A stretch of DNA of 63,940 bases, filler included, from Octopus bimaculoides (GCF_001194135.2; 4 parts of 4 records of this genome joined end to end with filler, not necessarily neighbours in it); one strand, 5' to 3'. Shown: positions 50,830-63,940, numbered from the whole stretch's first letter. The notes: generated by a model from the letters alone, not told the origin. Numbers and translations are program-made.

Positions 50830-50905
<76 letters not shown>
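50660..50905 (+). mobile_element. 5'-truncated SINE family A with a (TTC)n(TTA)n tail
   Basis: CATCCTTTCGGGGGTTGATAAATTAAG...GGCCTTGTGCCTAT. Confidence 0.75.
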
Positions 50906-50906
<1 letters not shown>

Positions 50907-51119
50907 TCACTGCGGACTACGTGGGATGTGTTTTCAAACGCTCCAAGTTGGTGCAGCTTAAAACATTTATTTACACCGGTTTGGTGCTTTTTCGCATCAT
51001 TTATTTTATTCGAAGTTGTCAGCGGAAATACCAGGAACCTGTTACTGGTTTTCCGTGGTTGTTTAGCCCACCAAATAGGTTCGGTGGGAGTTTAATTCAA
51101 TTTATTAAAAAAACAGCTC

Positions 51120-52140
51120 AACAAGATGGCGGAGCACGTCTTGAAAGAGTTGAGAAAAAAAAAACTGCCCCTTCTACGAATCTGGTGACTGCTAAAGATT
51201 TCCTTTCCCTTCCCTCCGTTACTGGCAACAATACAGGTGACGGGGAAGAGAAAAACGAGACTGGATCAGTACAAAGTCCACCTCGTATTAACAGCAGTAG
51301 TAGCACTAACAACCATAGCGGTGGCAGTGACAACAGCAACAGCAGCAACAGTGACAGCAGCAGTAATAGTAGTAGTAGTGGTAGCAACAACAACAATGAA
51401 AGAAATAGCAACTGCATTGACAGCAGTGGTGGCAACAACAGCCGCAACAACAGTAAACGTGACAACAGCAACAAAACCAACACCAACAACATCAACAAGA
51501 CTAACAGCAACAACAACGGCTGGATCAGCAGCAGCAACAACAGCATCAACAACTGCAAGAACGATAACATTACCCACAACAAAAACAGGTTCACTGCCGC
51601 AGCAGTGAAAAAGAAGCGACGCTTCATCGTGGACCTCAAAAATAGAGATGAAATGTTGACCCAAGATTGGAAACTGATTAAACAAGAAGAAGCCTGAGCC
51701 AACTAACTGGTCCTTCAGAAGCAATTGAAGTGGAGAAAAGAACTGTACTTTTCAGATGCATCTCAGCAGAGACGAAAGGTGCGGCTTTAATAGCCCAAGT
51801 AGATACTGAAGCGACGATGAGGTGCATCAGAGATGACACCGAGTACATAGCGAAGGTCAAACAATACAGTACCATTTCAGTGTTGTTTCAGTCAGAATCC
51901 CTCACTATGAAACATTCAATGACCGCTTGCAAAACCAGCAAAATCCTTATGTACCCCTCCCACATGGAGAAACGTACAGCACGTGTTTGCATTCCTAGGA
52001 TCCCACAAAGACTTCATGTGTAGTGGCTTTTGGGATGCGCAATTCTGGAAGGAACAGATAGACGAGAACTGCCAGGGAAGACTGGTCCGGGGCCTGACCT
52101 GGAGATACTTCTTACCATTCGGTAACATTCCATGCGAATT
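51120..52140 (+). mobile_element. Second decayed LINE ORF1-like segment with an Asn/Ser low-complexity N-terminus
   Basis: caagATGGCGGAG start; cryptic AAC/AGC repeats; KRTARVCIPRIP..V*WLLG.AIL resembles invertebrate LINE ORF1. Confidence 0.4.
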
Positions 52141-52806
52141 TTCTCTTTCATTTTAGAGTGCTGAATAACATCACCTTCATTGGTTTCCAGATATATGTAT
52201 ACTTCGGATTGGTCTAGATTTCGAATAGCTGTGGTAGTATCAAGTTCTGTTTACTACCTTTACGAACTACCCTTTGCACATTTATCAGGTCTGAATTCTG
52301 ATTAAACTCCTTTGGATTACTCCAAATGTTTTTCCAAAAATCTTCAGTTTGCTGCTGTTGAAGAGATGTTTTCACAATAATGGTATTTTTCTTAGTACCC
52401 TGTAGAAGACTTTTGTGCTCTCTTTGAATAGTATGTTTTGTCTATGGAATGCTGAGCATCTTTTGTATCTTATCAGTCGTTTGGTTTTTACTTGTAGTTT
52501 TTGTTTCAGGATTTCAATGTGTATCCTTTGTTTTCGTGTAAAGGTCATGTTTAGTAATTATTCTTATTAGTTTGTTGGGTTTATTAAAAGATATATCTGC
52601 TCTTAGTTGGATTATTTGCCGGTTAATTCTTTCCATCTATGCAAGCTGTTTGTGTACATTCACACACAGACACAGACACAGACATAGACACAGTACCATT
52701 TCAGTGTTGTTTCAGTCAGAATCCCTCACTATGAAACATTCAATGACCGCTTGCAAAACCAGCAAAATCCTTATGTACCCCTCCCACATGGAGAAACGTA
52801 CAGCAC
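51866..52806 (+). repeat. Exact 117-bp direct repeat (51866-51982 and 52690-52806)
   Basis: Identical sequence; ORFs 51730 and 52572 share STISVLFQSESLTMKHSMTACKTSKILMYPSHMEKRTA. Confidence 0.92.
52150..52560 (-). mobile_element. R4/Dong-like LINE relic, pre-RT region
   Basis: QQQTEDFWKNIWSNPKEFNQNS motif; heavily decayed. Confidence 0.45.
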
Positions 52807-52807
52807 A

Positions 52808-52844
<37 letters not shown>

Positions 52845-53201
52845 ACACACACACACACACGCACACACACACACACACACACACACTTATATTAATGATG
52901 TACACAAGTATATGGCTGGTATACATAATGCTGAAATACGCATAAAGTAAACACACGCAGACAAATATATTAATATAACAAATTTTTAAAAATGATAAGA
53001 ACATACAATAAAGGAAACAGTAAGACGATACATGCTGATTTTTTTTAGGTATTTCTGTTTAGTTAGAAATCTACAATGAAATAAGGTATTTCTGTTTATT
53101 TAGAAACCAACAATGAACTGGTCATTTCACAGACGCTAAACTATACATTTCACAGAGTACAACCTTAAAGTTGGCTAAACGCAGAAAATTTCTGTCTCGC
53201 T

Positions 53202-54508
53202 ATCAAACCCTAAAGAATGCATTTTAACACATGGCTATGGCGGTTCTTCCCCGTGACTCCAAGCACAAGCAACTGACAAGGAAATATATGGTATTCAGCA
53301 GAGTATTTGGTGTAGCCCATCTTTTACACCAAGAAAAATATAGTCTTGATAACACTAGCAATTACTTAAGATCAGCAAACATGACACCAATACACAGTTT
53401 TTTCGATTTTTAAACCTCTGTAACTTTTTCCTTCAATTTCTCCCTCCACCACATCATACCTTCATAACAATAAGACTGGAAAACTATATTATTATTGCCA
53501 ATTTTTTGATTTTTTTTTACTCCCTTTTAAAAATGCATATTTTCTGAATCAGTTTATCTAGATCCTGTTGAATCTTTAATACTGACATCTTTCTGTGAAT
53601 ACCTGTCTTTTTCTGAGTATTCGAAAATGTAAACATCATTTTAGTACAAGAACACTACAGTTCCTTCTGATCGAACACACAAACGATCATCATTAAAAAA
53701 TTAAAAAAAAAAAACAATTTAATAACTAAAATTCTCTGTGAAAATGTTGCTCTTCTCTTCTCCCTGTCTACTCGAATATGTAAGCGTACCTTATGTTCCA
53801 ACAACACTTTTAAACGCACAGCAAAAATTTTGTTCCACATATATCCTCAAAGGGTTTACAAAATGGACCATGCAAAGTTTTCCCTTCAATCCATCTAATA
53901 CTCTCCCTTTGCATATAATTCTTGTCCTTTTCTCCTATTCCTCACTTGAACATCTGTTCCTTGTTCATTGTCTTTAGTAGTTTCTCTGTGCTGATCTGTA
54001 AATATTCTAGTAGGCCTGTTTTTTTCCATGTGTACACACTCTTCCACAGCAATTGAGCTTCATATTAGCTTTCGTCTTAGTTTTCATATTTGCTTTCGTA
54101 TGGTGGGCTCTATACATTGTCAACAGCTTTCTAGATGAAAACTCTCAGCTTATTTTGCTGGGTATGATGGAAATTATCAACTGCCCTCACCCAGCAGACT
54201 AAGGTGATTCTTGTTTACTGATCACGCTTCAGTAAACCTGCGGAGTACTCTTGCAGTCCCAGGTATTGATGATTTTTGTAGATGTTCTATCTTTTCATTT
54301 GTACCAGTCTTTTTGAGCCACATTGGTAGATAGCGCTGATATTTCCAAGCGCGCCAATCACTATTGGTGTCACGTCCACTCTCTTCATTGCCCATATCCT
54401 GCATATTTCCGGCTTCAATTCATCATAGTTGTTCACTTTGTATATCGTTTTTTCTTCCATCCTCTTGTCACCAGGATATGCTATGCCGATTACCAGGCAT
54501 ACTTTATC

Positions 54509-54553
<45 letters not shown>

Positions 54554-54649
54554 GCTATTGTTGTTGTTGTAGCCGCTGTTGTTGTTGTAGCCGCTGTTGT
54601 TGTTGTAGCCGCTGTTGTATTGATGTTGTTGTTATTACTATTATTATTA

Positions 54650-54689
<40 letters not shown>

Positions 54690-55175
54690 CATCATTAGTG
54701 AGTGAGAGAGCGGCACACAACATCAAAACAACAATGGAGTACAAATATACGAAGCCCAATTTCGCATCATGGCTACATATCTGATAAGGGTATATCAGGC
54801 GCTTGCATCACAGCCATGTTTAAGCGGCATGGCAAGCTTATATCAAGAAAAACAGCACCTGAATTTGTAGATAGAGAACAGTTAGAATTTTCTTCACGTC
54901 AATTAGCCCATCTTGCTCAAAAGGTCTCGGAATACGGATTCTTTAAGTATGATGAACGAAACATCTATATTTCCAGTGTAGAAATAATCAAACCCTAAAG
55001 AATGCATTTTAACACATGGCTATGGCGGTTCTTCCCCGTGACTCCAAGCACAAGCAACTGACAAGGAAATATATGGTATTCAGCAGAGTATTTGGTGTAG
55101 CCCATCTTTTACACCAAGAAAAATATAGTCTTGATAACACTAGCAATTACTTAAGATCAGCAAACATGACACCAA
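53202..55175 (+). repeat. Exact 189-bp direct repeat (53202-53390 and 54987-55175)
   Basis: Identical sequence; ORFs 53231 and 55016 share the first 53 residues. Confidence 0.92.
54215..54340 (-). mobile_element. R4/Dong-like LINE C-terminal fragment
   Basis: KIEHLQKSSIPGTARVLRR, matching the LQK.V.LGTA.ILR terminal motif. Confidence 0.55.
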
Positions 55176-55198
55176 CTGCCTGGTATTACATTACTGCG

Positions 55199-55199
<1 letters not shown>

Positions 55200-55290
<91 letters not shown>

Positions 55291-55320
55291 CATCATCATC
55301 ATCATCATCATTATTATTAT
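55200..55320. repeat. (TAT)n(CAT)n microsatellite
   Basis: Directly visible. Confidence 0.95.
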
Positions 55321-55374
55321 TTTTGAATGGGAGAGCATCAAAGTGACACTAGGGTAACATATACGATACCCAGT

Positions 55375-55990
55375 TTACCCATCATGACAACCGGCTGATA
55401 AGGGTACACCAGGCACTTTTATTGTGGCTATATGGAATTGATTGTGTAGTCCCTTGTTGCGTAGTATTTCTTCCTTTGTTTTTCCATTTTTCTCTGCTTT
55501 CAATACTCCCTCGTTCCTAACAGACACCAGCAAGGTTTCCTTACTTTGGGCTAGGTATCTCATTAAGCTCTTCAGTTCGATACGCACACAGTCTTCCACA
55601 CTTATTAGTCCCCTTCCTCCATTTTCTCTCTTCAGGTATAGGTGATCAGTGTTTGCAAGTGGATGATGGGCTCCATGCACTGTTAGGTGCTTTCTTGACT
55701 TCCTGTTCGTCTCCTTTAACTCCTCCTCTGTCCACTTCAGGATTCCAGCGTCATACGACTGAGCGCGAGTTTATTGTTGAAGTTATGTTTCTGGCATTCA
55801 GTTTTGAAGTCTATATTTTTCTCACTCGACGCAGGGACTCTTTTTTTGTCTTTTCCTTCATGTCGTGGTGTCTGATGCCATCTGCCTCAAGTATTACCAA
55901 GTATTTATTCCTGGATTGACGTTGACTCGCCTTCATCATTTCACCACTTAGCAACTATATGCCTTCTGTCCTGGCAAGCTTTCCTCGTCT
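55375..55990 (-). mobile_element. R4/Dong-like LINE RT thumb fragment
   Basis: KYLVILEADGIRHHDMKEKTKKE..RRVRKI..SKLN..MHGAHHPLANTDHLYLKRENGGRGLISVEDCV..KGLHNQF. Confidence 0.82.
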
Positions 55991-56054
55991 CACCATCATA
56001 GTAGTACATTTTGATAGTCCAAACTCCATCTTCTTCTTCTTCTTCTTCTTCTTC

Positions 56055-56112
<58 letters not shown>

Positions 56113-56214
56113 TATTATTATTATTATTATCATAATTATTATTATTATTTCATATACGTTCAAGTGATTGGACTGTTGAAAAAGAAAATTCTTAACATCG
56201 GGCTACAGCAAGTA

Positions 56215-56480
56215 ATTTTAGTTATCAAAAACCTGCCGAAATATCCTAGCTGTCCCCAATAACACTGTTTTCTGGAGCTGTAATAAACTGGGTTTATTTA
56301 TCCCTATTTCCTATAACCATTTGTTCAAATCTTTATTGATAGTTCCCAATGCACTTATAACTATAGGGATATATTTTACCCGCACTTTCCACAGTCTATA
56401 TTTCTCATATTGACTTTCTCATCATTCGGGGCTGTTAGGTCAATTATCTGGCACGTTCTCTTCTCTTTATCTACTATCAC
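56215..56480 (-). mobile_element. R4/Dong-like LINE 3' end with an (ATA)n tail
   Basis: IPIVISALGTINKDLNKWL..LQKTVLLGTARI, followed on the minus strand by the (ATA/AAT)n array at about 56057-56150. Confidence 0.75.
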
Positions 56481-56699
56481 TAAATCAATGCTACTTTGGA
56501 AACTGTACGAAAAGTGGGAGGTGGGTAGAGAAAGGCAAAATGTGGTATGAGAAAAACCCGCAGAGAGTGGCGGTGTCTGAAATTGCGCTTGACCTTCTGG
56601 CCGATAACTGACAAAGAATCGGGGACATTCTGCGTTTTCTGTTCGCCTGTGTGTTTAGTATAGGTACGTTTGTTTATTTACTACACGTTTTTTCTTTTG

Positions 56700-57000
56700 T
56701 AGGAGTGTCCATGTGCTAAGTAGCTTGGTTACGAACCACATGCTTCCGGGTTCAGTCCCAATGCGTGGCACCTTGGAAAAGTGTCTTCTACTATAGCCTC
56801 GGCACGACCAAAGCCTTGTGAGTGGATTNNNNNNNNNNGTGTTTACGTCCCCATAACTTAGTGGTTCAGCAAAAGAGACCGATAGAATGAGTACTACGCT
56901 TACAAAGAATAGGTCCTGGGTCGATTTGCTCGACTAAAGGTGGTGCTCCAGCATGGCCACAATCAAATGACTGAAACAAGTAAAACAGTAAAAGAGTATA
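56700..57000 (+). mobile_element. SINE family B with an internal 10-N gap
   Basis: Head to GACTGAAACAAGTAAAACAGTAAAAGAGTA tail. Confidence 0.85.
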
Positions 57001-57849
57001 CAGGTATGTTATATTTTCCGTTTGTTGTCTTTTTATTTAATCCTGAAAATATTATTTATGTAGCGCTTGCACTTATTAATCTTTTTTACCTATATATGTA
57101 TATATATATATATNNNNNNNNNNNNNNNNNNNNNNNNNNNNNNNNNNNNNNNNNNNNTTAATTAATTAANNNNNNNNNNNNNNNNNNNNNNNNNNNNNNN
57201 NNNNNNNNNNNNNATATGTGTGTGTGTGTGTGTGTGTGTGTGTTACAGTTATGTTGAAACAGGTGAATCGGGAAAGTGCAGCATTGGCCACAAAACATTT
57301 GTGGAGTAAATGATGGTCTAATCCGTCTAATCGACCTGTAATACATCGGAGGATTGGAGGATTCCAAGTGCTAACCTATCATGGAAAATTGGGGGCGAAT
57401 GTACTCAGCTAATTTTGTAAGTGCTTCAACAGTGTAATTAATATTGGTTATTAATTAATTATTTATTTAGAATTCTATTATCTGATTGACGTGTATTGCA
57501 TAGATCATGTACTGGGTGACCTTACTAGACCTTACTATGTCCCATGGGATTCGATATCACAAAAACTACGATATACTTGTAACCAGTTATATGGAATTCC
57601 GCAGAGTGTGTGGCAGTGATCTGTCGTCAGCCGTATGGCTGTCAGGATAACTAATCCGTTGTCGTCGTCATCATCAACATCATCATCATCATCATCATCA
57701 TCATCAACATCATCATCATCATCATCACCACCGCCATCATCATCATCATCATCACCACCACCGCCACCACCATCATCATGGTCATCTTCATTTCCGTAAT
57801 GTATCCACATAGACGGGTCTGTGGATGGAGAAGTAGCAAGAGAATACAT

Positions 57850-58082
57850 GCGGCGAGCTGGCAGAAACGTTAGCACGCCGGGAGAAATGCACAGCGGTAT
57901 TTCGTCTGCCGTTACGTTCTGAGTTCAAATTCCGCCGAGGTCGACTTAGCCTTTCATCCTTTCGGGGTCGATTAAATAAGTACCAGTTACGCACTGGAGT
58001 CGATATATTCGACTTAATCTGTTTGTCTGTCCTTGTTTGTCCCCTCTGTGTGTAGTCCCTTGTGGGCAGTAAAGAAATAAGA
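57850..58082 (+). mobile_element. tRNA-derived SINE family A, well-preserved copy
   Basis: GGCGAGCTGGCAGAAACGTTAG (A box), GAGTTCAAATTCC (B box), core GCCTTTCATCCTTTCGGGGTCG, tail AAAGAAATAAGAGA. Confidence 0.9.
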
Positions 58083-58319
58083 GAATACATGCATACACAC
58101 ACACACACATACATACATATAAGCATGCAGACATATGATAGAGAGAGGGGGAGAGGTAGACAGGACAGGTATGTAGGTAGAATTTTGACAGGTAGGCAGG
58201 TTGGTGAGTGGCAGATCATTTAGGTAGATATATGGGCAAGTGAATAATAATAAAACGGTAATTAGGGATATGGGAGATATGTTTGTGGATGGATGGGCAG
58301 GTAACAAGGGAGGTTAGGT

Positions 58320-58467
58320 GCGTATAGGTGGGTAGGTAGGTAAGTAAGTAGATAAATAAATAGGTAGATAAATAGATAGATAGATTGACAGAAAAACAGG
58401 CAAACAGACAGAGAGACAGACAGACAAACAGATAGATAGAGAGATGGATGGATAGATACATAGGTAC

Positions 58468-58514
<47 letters not shown>

Positions 58515-58598
58515 TATTGATAGATCGACAATCAGACAGCCAGACAGAAAAACAGAGAGACACACAGACAAAGAGATAGATAGACAGGCAGACAGACT

Positions 58599-58635
<37 letters not shown>
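58320..58635. repeat. (GATA/GACA)n compound microsatellite
   Basis: Directly visible. Confidence 0.95.
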
Positions 58636-58759
58636 TAAAATGCGCAAATATATATGACAATAATCTAGAAAATACAATGTACAAATATGGAGGAGAAGAA
58701 AAGCGAAAAAGTACAAAGAAGAGAAAATTAGGAAAATGGAGAATGGCAGGATGCTAGGC

Positions 58760-58803
<44 letters not shown>

Positions 58804-59606
58804 NNNNNNNNNNNNNNNNNNNNNNNNNNNNNNNNNNNNNNNNNNNNNNNNNNNNNNNNNNNNNNNNNNNNNNNNNNNNNNNNNNNNNNNNNNNNNNNNN
58901 NNNNNNNNNNNNNNNNNNNNNNNNNNNNNNNNNNNNNNNNNNNNNNNNNNNNNNNNNNNNNNNNNNNNNNNNNNNNNNNNNNNNNNNNNNNNNNNNNNNN
59001 NNNNNNNNNNNNNNNNNNNNNNNNNNNNNNNNNNNNNNNNNNNNNNNNNNNNNNNNNNNNNNNNNNNNNNNNNNNNNNNNNNNNNNNNNNNNNNNNNNNN
59101 NNNNNNNNNNNNNNNNNNNNNNNNNNNNNNNGAAAGAATTAGTAGTAGCTATTGCTGCTGATGCTGCTGTTGTTGTTGTTGTTCGTTTCAACACTGACGT
59201 CATTTTTCTCGTATTTTACGTTATTCCGCGCGTAGTTTATTGAGAGTCAACCTGCAAATCGGTTTAGTTATTTACAAATTTTATACAACAAACTAGCAAT
59301 ATAAACACGTACACGCATACATACATTCACGCGGGCATACGCTGGTGGGTGTGATGTCACGCCCTTCAAAATTCACTAATATACAAGTAATGTTTGCATG
59401 TACGCCTGTAAGTATACAAGAATGTACACATACATACACATATACATACATATGAACATACATACATATATGCATGCATATATACATAGGTATAAAGCTG
59501 TGTCAGAATATGCAAATATTTACCTATCTTTCTAACTGCCACTCTTTCTCTCTTCCTCACTCCCTCCATTTTTTCCCTATGTACTAAGTGTATATGTATG
59601 TGTGTA

Positions 59607-59640
<34 letters not shown>

Positions 59641-60576
59641 NNNNNNNNNNNNNNNNNNNNNNNNNNNNNNNNNNNNNNNNNNNNNNNNNNNNNNNNNNNN
59701 NNNNNNNNNNNNNNNNNNNNNNNNNNNNNNNNNNNNNNNNNNNNNNNNNNNNNNNNNNNNNNNNNNNNNNNNNNNNNNNNNNNNNNNNNNNNNNNNNNNN
59801 NNNNNNNNNNNNNNNNNNNNNNNNNNNNNNNNNNNNNNNNNNNNNNNNNNNNNNNNNNNNNNNNNNNNNNNNNNNNNNNNNNNNNNNNNNNNNNNNNNNN
59901 NNNNNNNNNNNNNNNNNNNNNNNNNNNNNNNNNNNNNNNNNNNNNNNNNNNNNNNNNNNNNNNNNNNNNNNNNNNNNNNNNNNNNNNNNNNNNNNNNNNN
60001 NNNNNNNNNNNNNNNNNNNNNNNNNNNNNNNNNNNNNNNNNNNNNNNNNNNNNNNNNNNNNNNNNNNNNNNNNNNNNNNNNNNNNNNNNNNNNNNNNNNN
60101 NNNNNNNNNNNNNNNNNNNNNNNNNNNNNNNNNNNNNNNNNNNNNNNNNNNNNNNNNNNNNNNNNNNNNNNNNNNNNNNNNNNNNNNNNNNNNNNNNNNN
60201 NNNNNNNNNNNNNNNNNNNNNNNNNNNNNNNNNNNNNNNNNNNNNNNNNNNNNNNNNNNNNNNNNNNNNNNNNNNNNNNNNNNNNNNNNNNNNNNNNNNN
60301 NNNNNNNNNNNNNNNNNNNNNNNNNNNNNNNNNNNNNNNNNNNNNNNNNNNNNNNNNNNNNNNNNNNNNNNNNNNNNNNNNNNNNNNNNNNNNNNNNNNN
60401 NNNNNNNNNNNNNNNNNNNNNNNNNNNNNNNNNNNNNNNNNNNNNNNNNNNNNNNNNNNNNNNNNNNNNNNNNNNNNNNNNNNNNNNNNNNNNNNNNNNN
60501 NNNNNNNNNNNNNNNNNNNNNNNNNNNNNNNNNNNNNNNNNNNNNNNNNNNNNNNNNNNNNNNNNNNNNNNNNNNN

Positions 60577-60680
60577 NGGCACATACTTCTTCTTGTCTGT
60601 CCCAAACAACAATATCCGGCCTGGTTACGTTTACACTTAACAGATGTTTTAATGGGAATGTTCCACCACTGTTTCTTGTG
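60577..60680 (-). mobile_element. Restriction-like endonuclease fragment of a non-LTR retroelement, truncated by a gap
   Basis: HLLSVNVTRPDIVVWDRQEEVC (RPDIV motif). Confidence 0.45.
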
Positions 60681-60802
60681 TTGGTGTTTGTGTATGTATT
60701 CAATAGCAGCTGCATTCTCTGTACTTTTTCCATAGCAGTCTTTTTTCGGAATGTCTTTGAATATTGCTTTTGCGACAAATGTATTTATGTATGTAATGCG
60801 TC

Positions 60803-60852
<50 letters not shown>

Positions 60853-62644
60853 CGTAAATGTACTGTATATATAATGTAAAATATATGTGTGTAATGAATG
60901 CATATAAATAACATGCATATACACTCCCACCTGAATATATGTTTATCAATAGCCTGACATCACAACCACAATATACCACAAACGTTTTAATGCAATCACT
61001 TATGAAGTTTGTTCTTATTCCCTGGTTGTGTAAAGGTGTGTCTGTATGCACGCGTGTGTAAACGTCTCTGTACGTATGTTTGTATACACGTGTGTGTGTG
61101 TGTGTGTGTGTGTTTGTCTATACGTGTCTGTTTTCACGTGTGTGTATGTTAGGTGTACTTTCATATATGTATTAGTGTCTTCATGAGTATGTGTATATAT
61201 GTGTGTGGATGTTCGGATGTTTGTATATCGAGTAGACCGTTGGCGAACGATGTCTATAGATTTTGTGTTATCTGCCGGCATGTATCAATATACATTTATC
61301 GAATTACACTGGGGTCTATTTATGTAACACGCACTCGGACACAAACACAAGGACACACACATTATCTCTCACACACTTATTCATGTGCATATTCAAGTAG
61401 AGTGTCCCTTTATCTCTCCAACCCTCTTCTCTCTCCTCTTATATCTGCGTTTTACATTCGTCATTAATTAATGATGGATCCTTGTGAATCCACGTTGTGG
61501 TCTTGCGCCTCTCTAGTGTCAAGACCATCCTTTTTCTCACCGCTTTTTATGCCATTGGCAATCGTTTATTTATGTAATGACCCCTCACGTCCTTTCTGAC
61601 CAATCAATTATGCAGTCAGTCATTAACAAGTAAAATTTACTCACACGGAACGGACATTACTCACTGGACATCGGCGAGGCTTCAGATCGTGTCCAGAGAC
61701 ACAAAACAGAAAGCCGTTTAGCAACGAATGCAAGCCGGACGCTGGCACACACATCGTTTGACCTCACTGAATTTACAATTCGTCGTTTATACCAACAAAT
61801 TGTCGTCCTTTATCATCCCATAAGGTCAATAAAATGCTTTCATACGCCATTTAATGTCCAGATGCTGTAATGCCATATAACGTTTTTATGTTTATTCTTC
61901 ATCACCCCTTCCTCCCACTTACAATTACATACAGATACTCTCTCACTCTCTCTATCCCTCACGCTCCTCCTTCACTCTCTCCTCCTTCACTCTCTCCTCC
62001 TTCACTCTCTCCTCTTTTACTCTCTCCTCCTCTCTCTCCATCTCTGTCCCTCTATTTCCATATTCACACCACACCACAATCGCATTCTGTTCTGTTTAAT
62101 GTATTGTCCAACACGACTGGTTTGGCATGTTATTGGCGGTAATGACATCACCACTAACGCCACTGCTGGACAATGGGCTTTCTCCATCTTCTCCTTCCTT
62201 CTCCTTTATCTTCTGATGGCATTTCTTATATTTATTTGTTTGGCCATTTGTTTATTGGTTTGTTTGTTTGGTCATTTCTTTGTTTATTTATTTATTGTCC
62301 TTTGGTTTTACGAGCACCGTTTTGTAGTCATATATGTCAACGGAGGATATACAGCAAGCAATCAATCAACTCGCTTCTCCTTCTTGTTTTTGCTGGCTAT
62401 TATTGACCAGCTTTGGTAACAGACTTTCCCACCGATGAATACATACATGCATAAGTACGAATTAACTCACACACACACAAACACACACACACACACACAA
62501 CACACACACACACACATAGATTGATATACGTCTGTGTATGTGTATATACACGCATAAACACACGTACATACATATAGGGAGATGCACAGACATACATGCG
62601 TGCATATATATATATATGCATATAAATATGCATAGCCACATGTT

Positions 62645-62716
<72 letters not shown>

Positions 62717-62919
62717 AATGTGGGAAATAGAAAAACATGTTACATATATATGCATTATAATAAATATAGATTTAAACGTAGTTGTTACGTATTTATGTGG
62801 TAATGCAGGTCTGTATGCANNNNNNNNNNNNNNNNNNNNNNNNNNNNNNNNNNNNNNNNNNNNTTAATTAATTAANNNNNNNNNNNNNNNNNNNNNNNNN
62901 NNNNNNNNNNNNNNNNNNN

Positions 62920-63012
62920 AAGTCGACCTCGGCAGAATTTGAACTCAGAACCTGAAGACGGACAAAATACCGCTAAGCTTTTTTCCAAGCATGCTAATGG
63001 TTCTGCCAGCTC
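62920..63012 (-). mobile_element. SINE family A 5' half, truncated by a gap
   Basis: AGTCGACCTCGGCAGAATTTGAACTCAG...TCTGCCAGCTCA. Confidence 0.75.
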
Positions 63013-63940
63013 ACTGAACAACAATAATAATAATAATAAGGAATGATGGTGTTGATACTGAATATGACAGACAGTTTAAATATTAACAATAATGTTAATT
63101 CTGCACGTATTCCTTTTATTATTTTCTGAGGTTTTCAGAATATTAAAAAAGAAAACAAATCTGGAAAAAATATCAGAATAAAAAAAAAAAGCAAAAATCA
63201 GGTACAATATTCGATTCCATTGCATTTTATTTTAATTTTTTCTCAAAGAATTTTAATCAGTCGCCATTCTTTACTCTCTTTCTATCATCACCCCACCGAC
63301 CAACCCCCCCTCCACCAATGCCACACCGAAATTTCTTCGTTGATACCATTCTCCTAATGATTTACTCTGCCGGTAATAATGGTTAGTCCCTCCCCACTCC
63401 TCTTTTCTTATCAATTCTTAATCCTGCTAATCAGAGGATTGGTCGGTAACGACAATTGGCTTTGAGGATATCTCTGATTATATTTCATTTCATTACATCC
63501 TATTGTTCAAGTGTCATGCATATATACATATATTTATATACGCACACATCCACACATATACATATATATATATATATATATATACATACATGCATACACA
63601 GACACATACATATACATATTTATATATGTATGTAGGTATAAATGTATATGTGTTTGTGTGTGTATGTGTGTATAGATGTACGTCTGCGAGTAGATGTACG
63701 TATATGTATATAAGTATATATGTACATGTACGTATGTATGTACGTATGTATGTATGTATGTATGAATGTATGTATGAAAGTATATGTAAGTATGCATAAC
63801 ATATGTATGTGAGTGTATGTTTATGTATATGTATACACATATACATATAATACATGTATGTATGTGTGTTGTTGTGTGTGTAAATGTGTTGGAGTGTCTG
63901 ACTATACATACATGTACACACACAAACATGGCATGTATAT

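Noticed and set aside
50801-51697. 298-aa Asn/Ser-rich ORF
   Set aside because: It starts in a SINE tail and microsatellite and runs through cryptic repeats of a TE relic; not a credible host gene.
53231-53413. Peptide VFSRVFGVAHLLHQ loosely resembling a retroviral integrase core
   Set aside because: No DDE spacing or flanking motifs could be recovered.

Overview
AT-rich, microsatellite- and SINE-dense eukaryotic genomic DNA from a gapped draft scaffold. The repeat families suggest Octopus or a related coleoid cephalopod (inference). No prokaryotic features or CRISPR arrays were seen. Two spliced genes sit head-to-head. On the minus strand are the first five coding exons of IFT80 (11128 to 529, continuing off the left edge); its first coding intron is a minor-spliceosome AT-AC (U12) intron. 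On the plus strand is a CXorf58-like gene (coding exons about 14252 to 21525, 3' end unresolved). The region between them holds a perfect RFX X-box. The right two thirds of the window has no gene I can support. It contains tRNA-derived SINEs, TTAA-flanked MITEs, microsatellites and decayed retroelements (Penelope-like, RTE, R4/Dong-like, LINE ORF1), plus a Tc1/mariner relic. The most notable observation is a pair of type-I hammerhead-ribozyme-like folds 23.7 kb apart, one at the 3' end of a Penelope-like relic, plus a third decayed minimal hammerhead. All protein and repeat family assignments are from recalled sequence similarity, not database searches.
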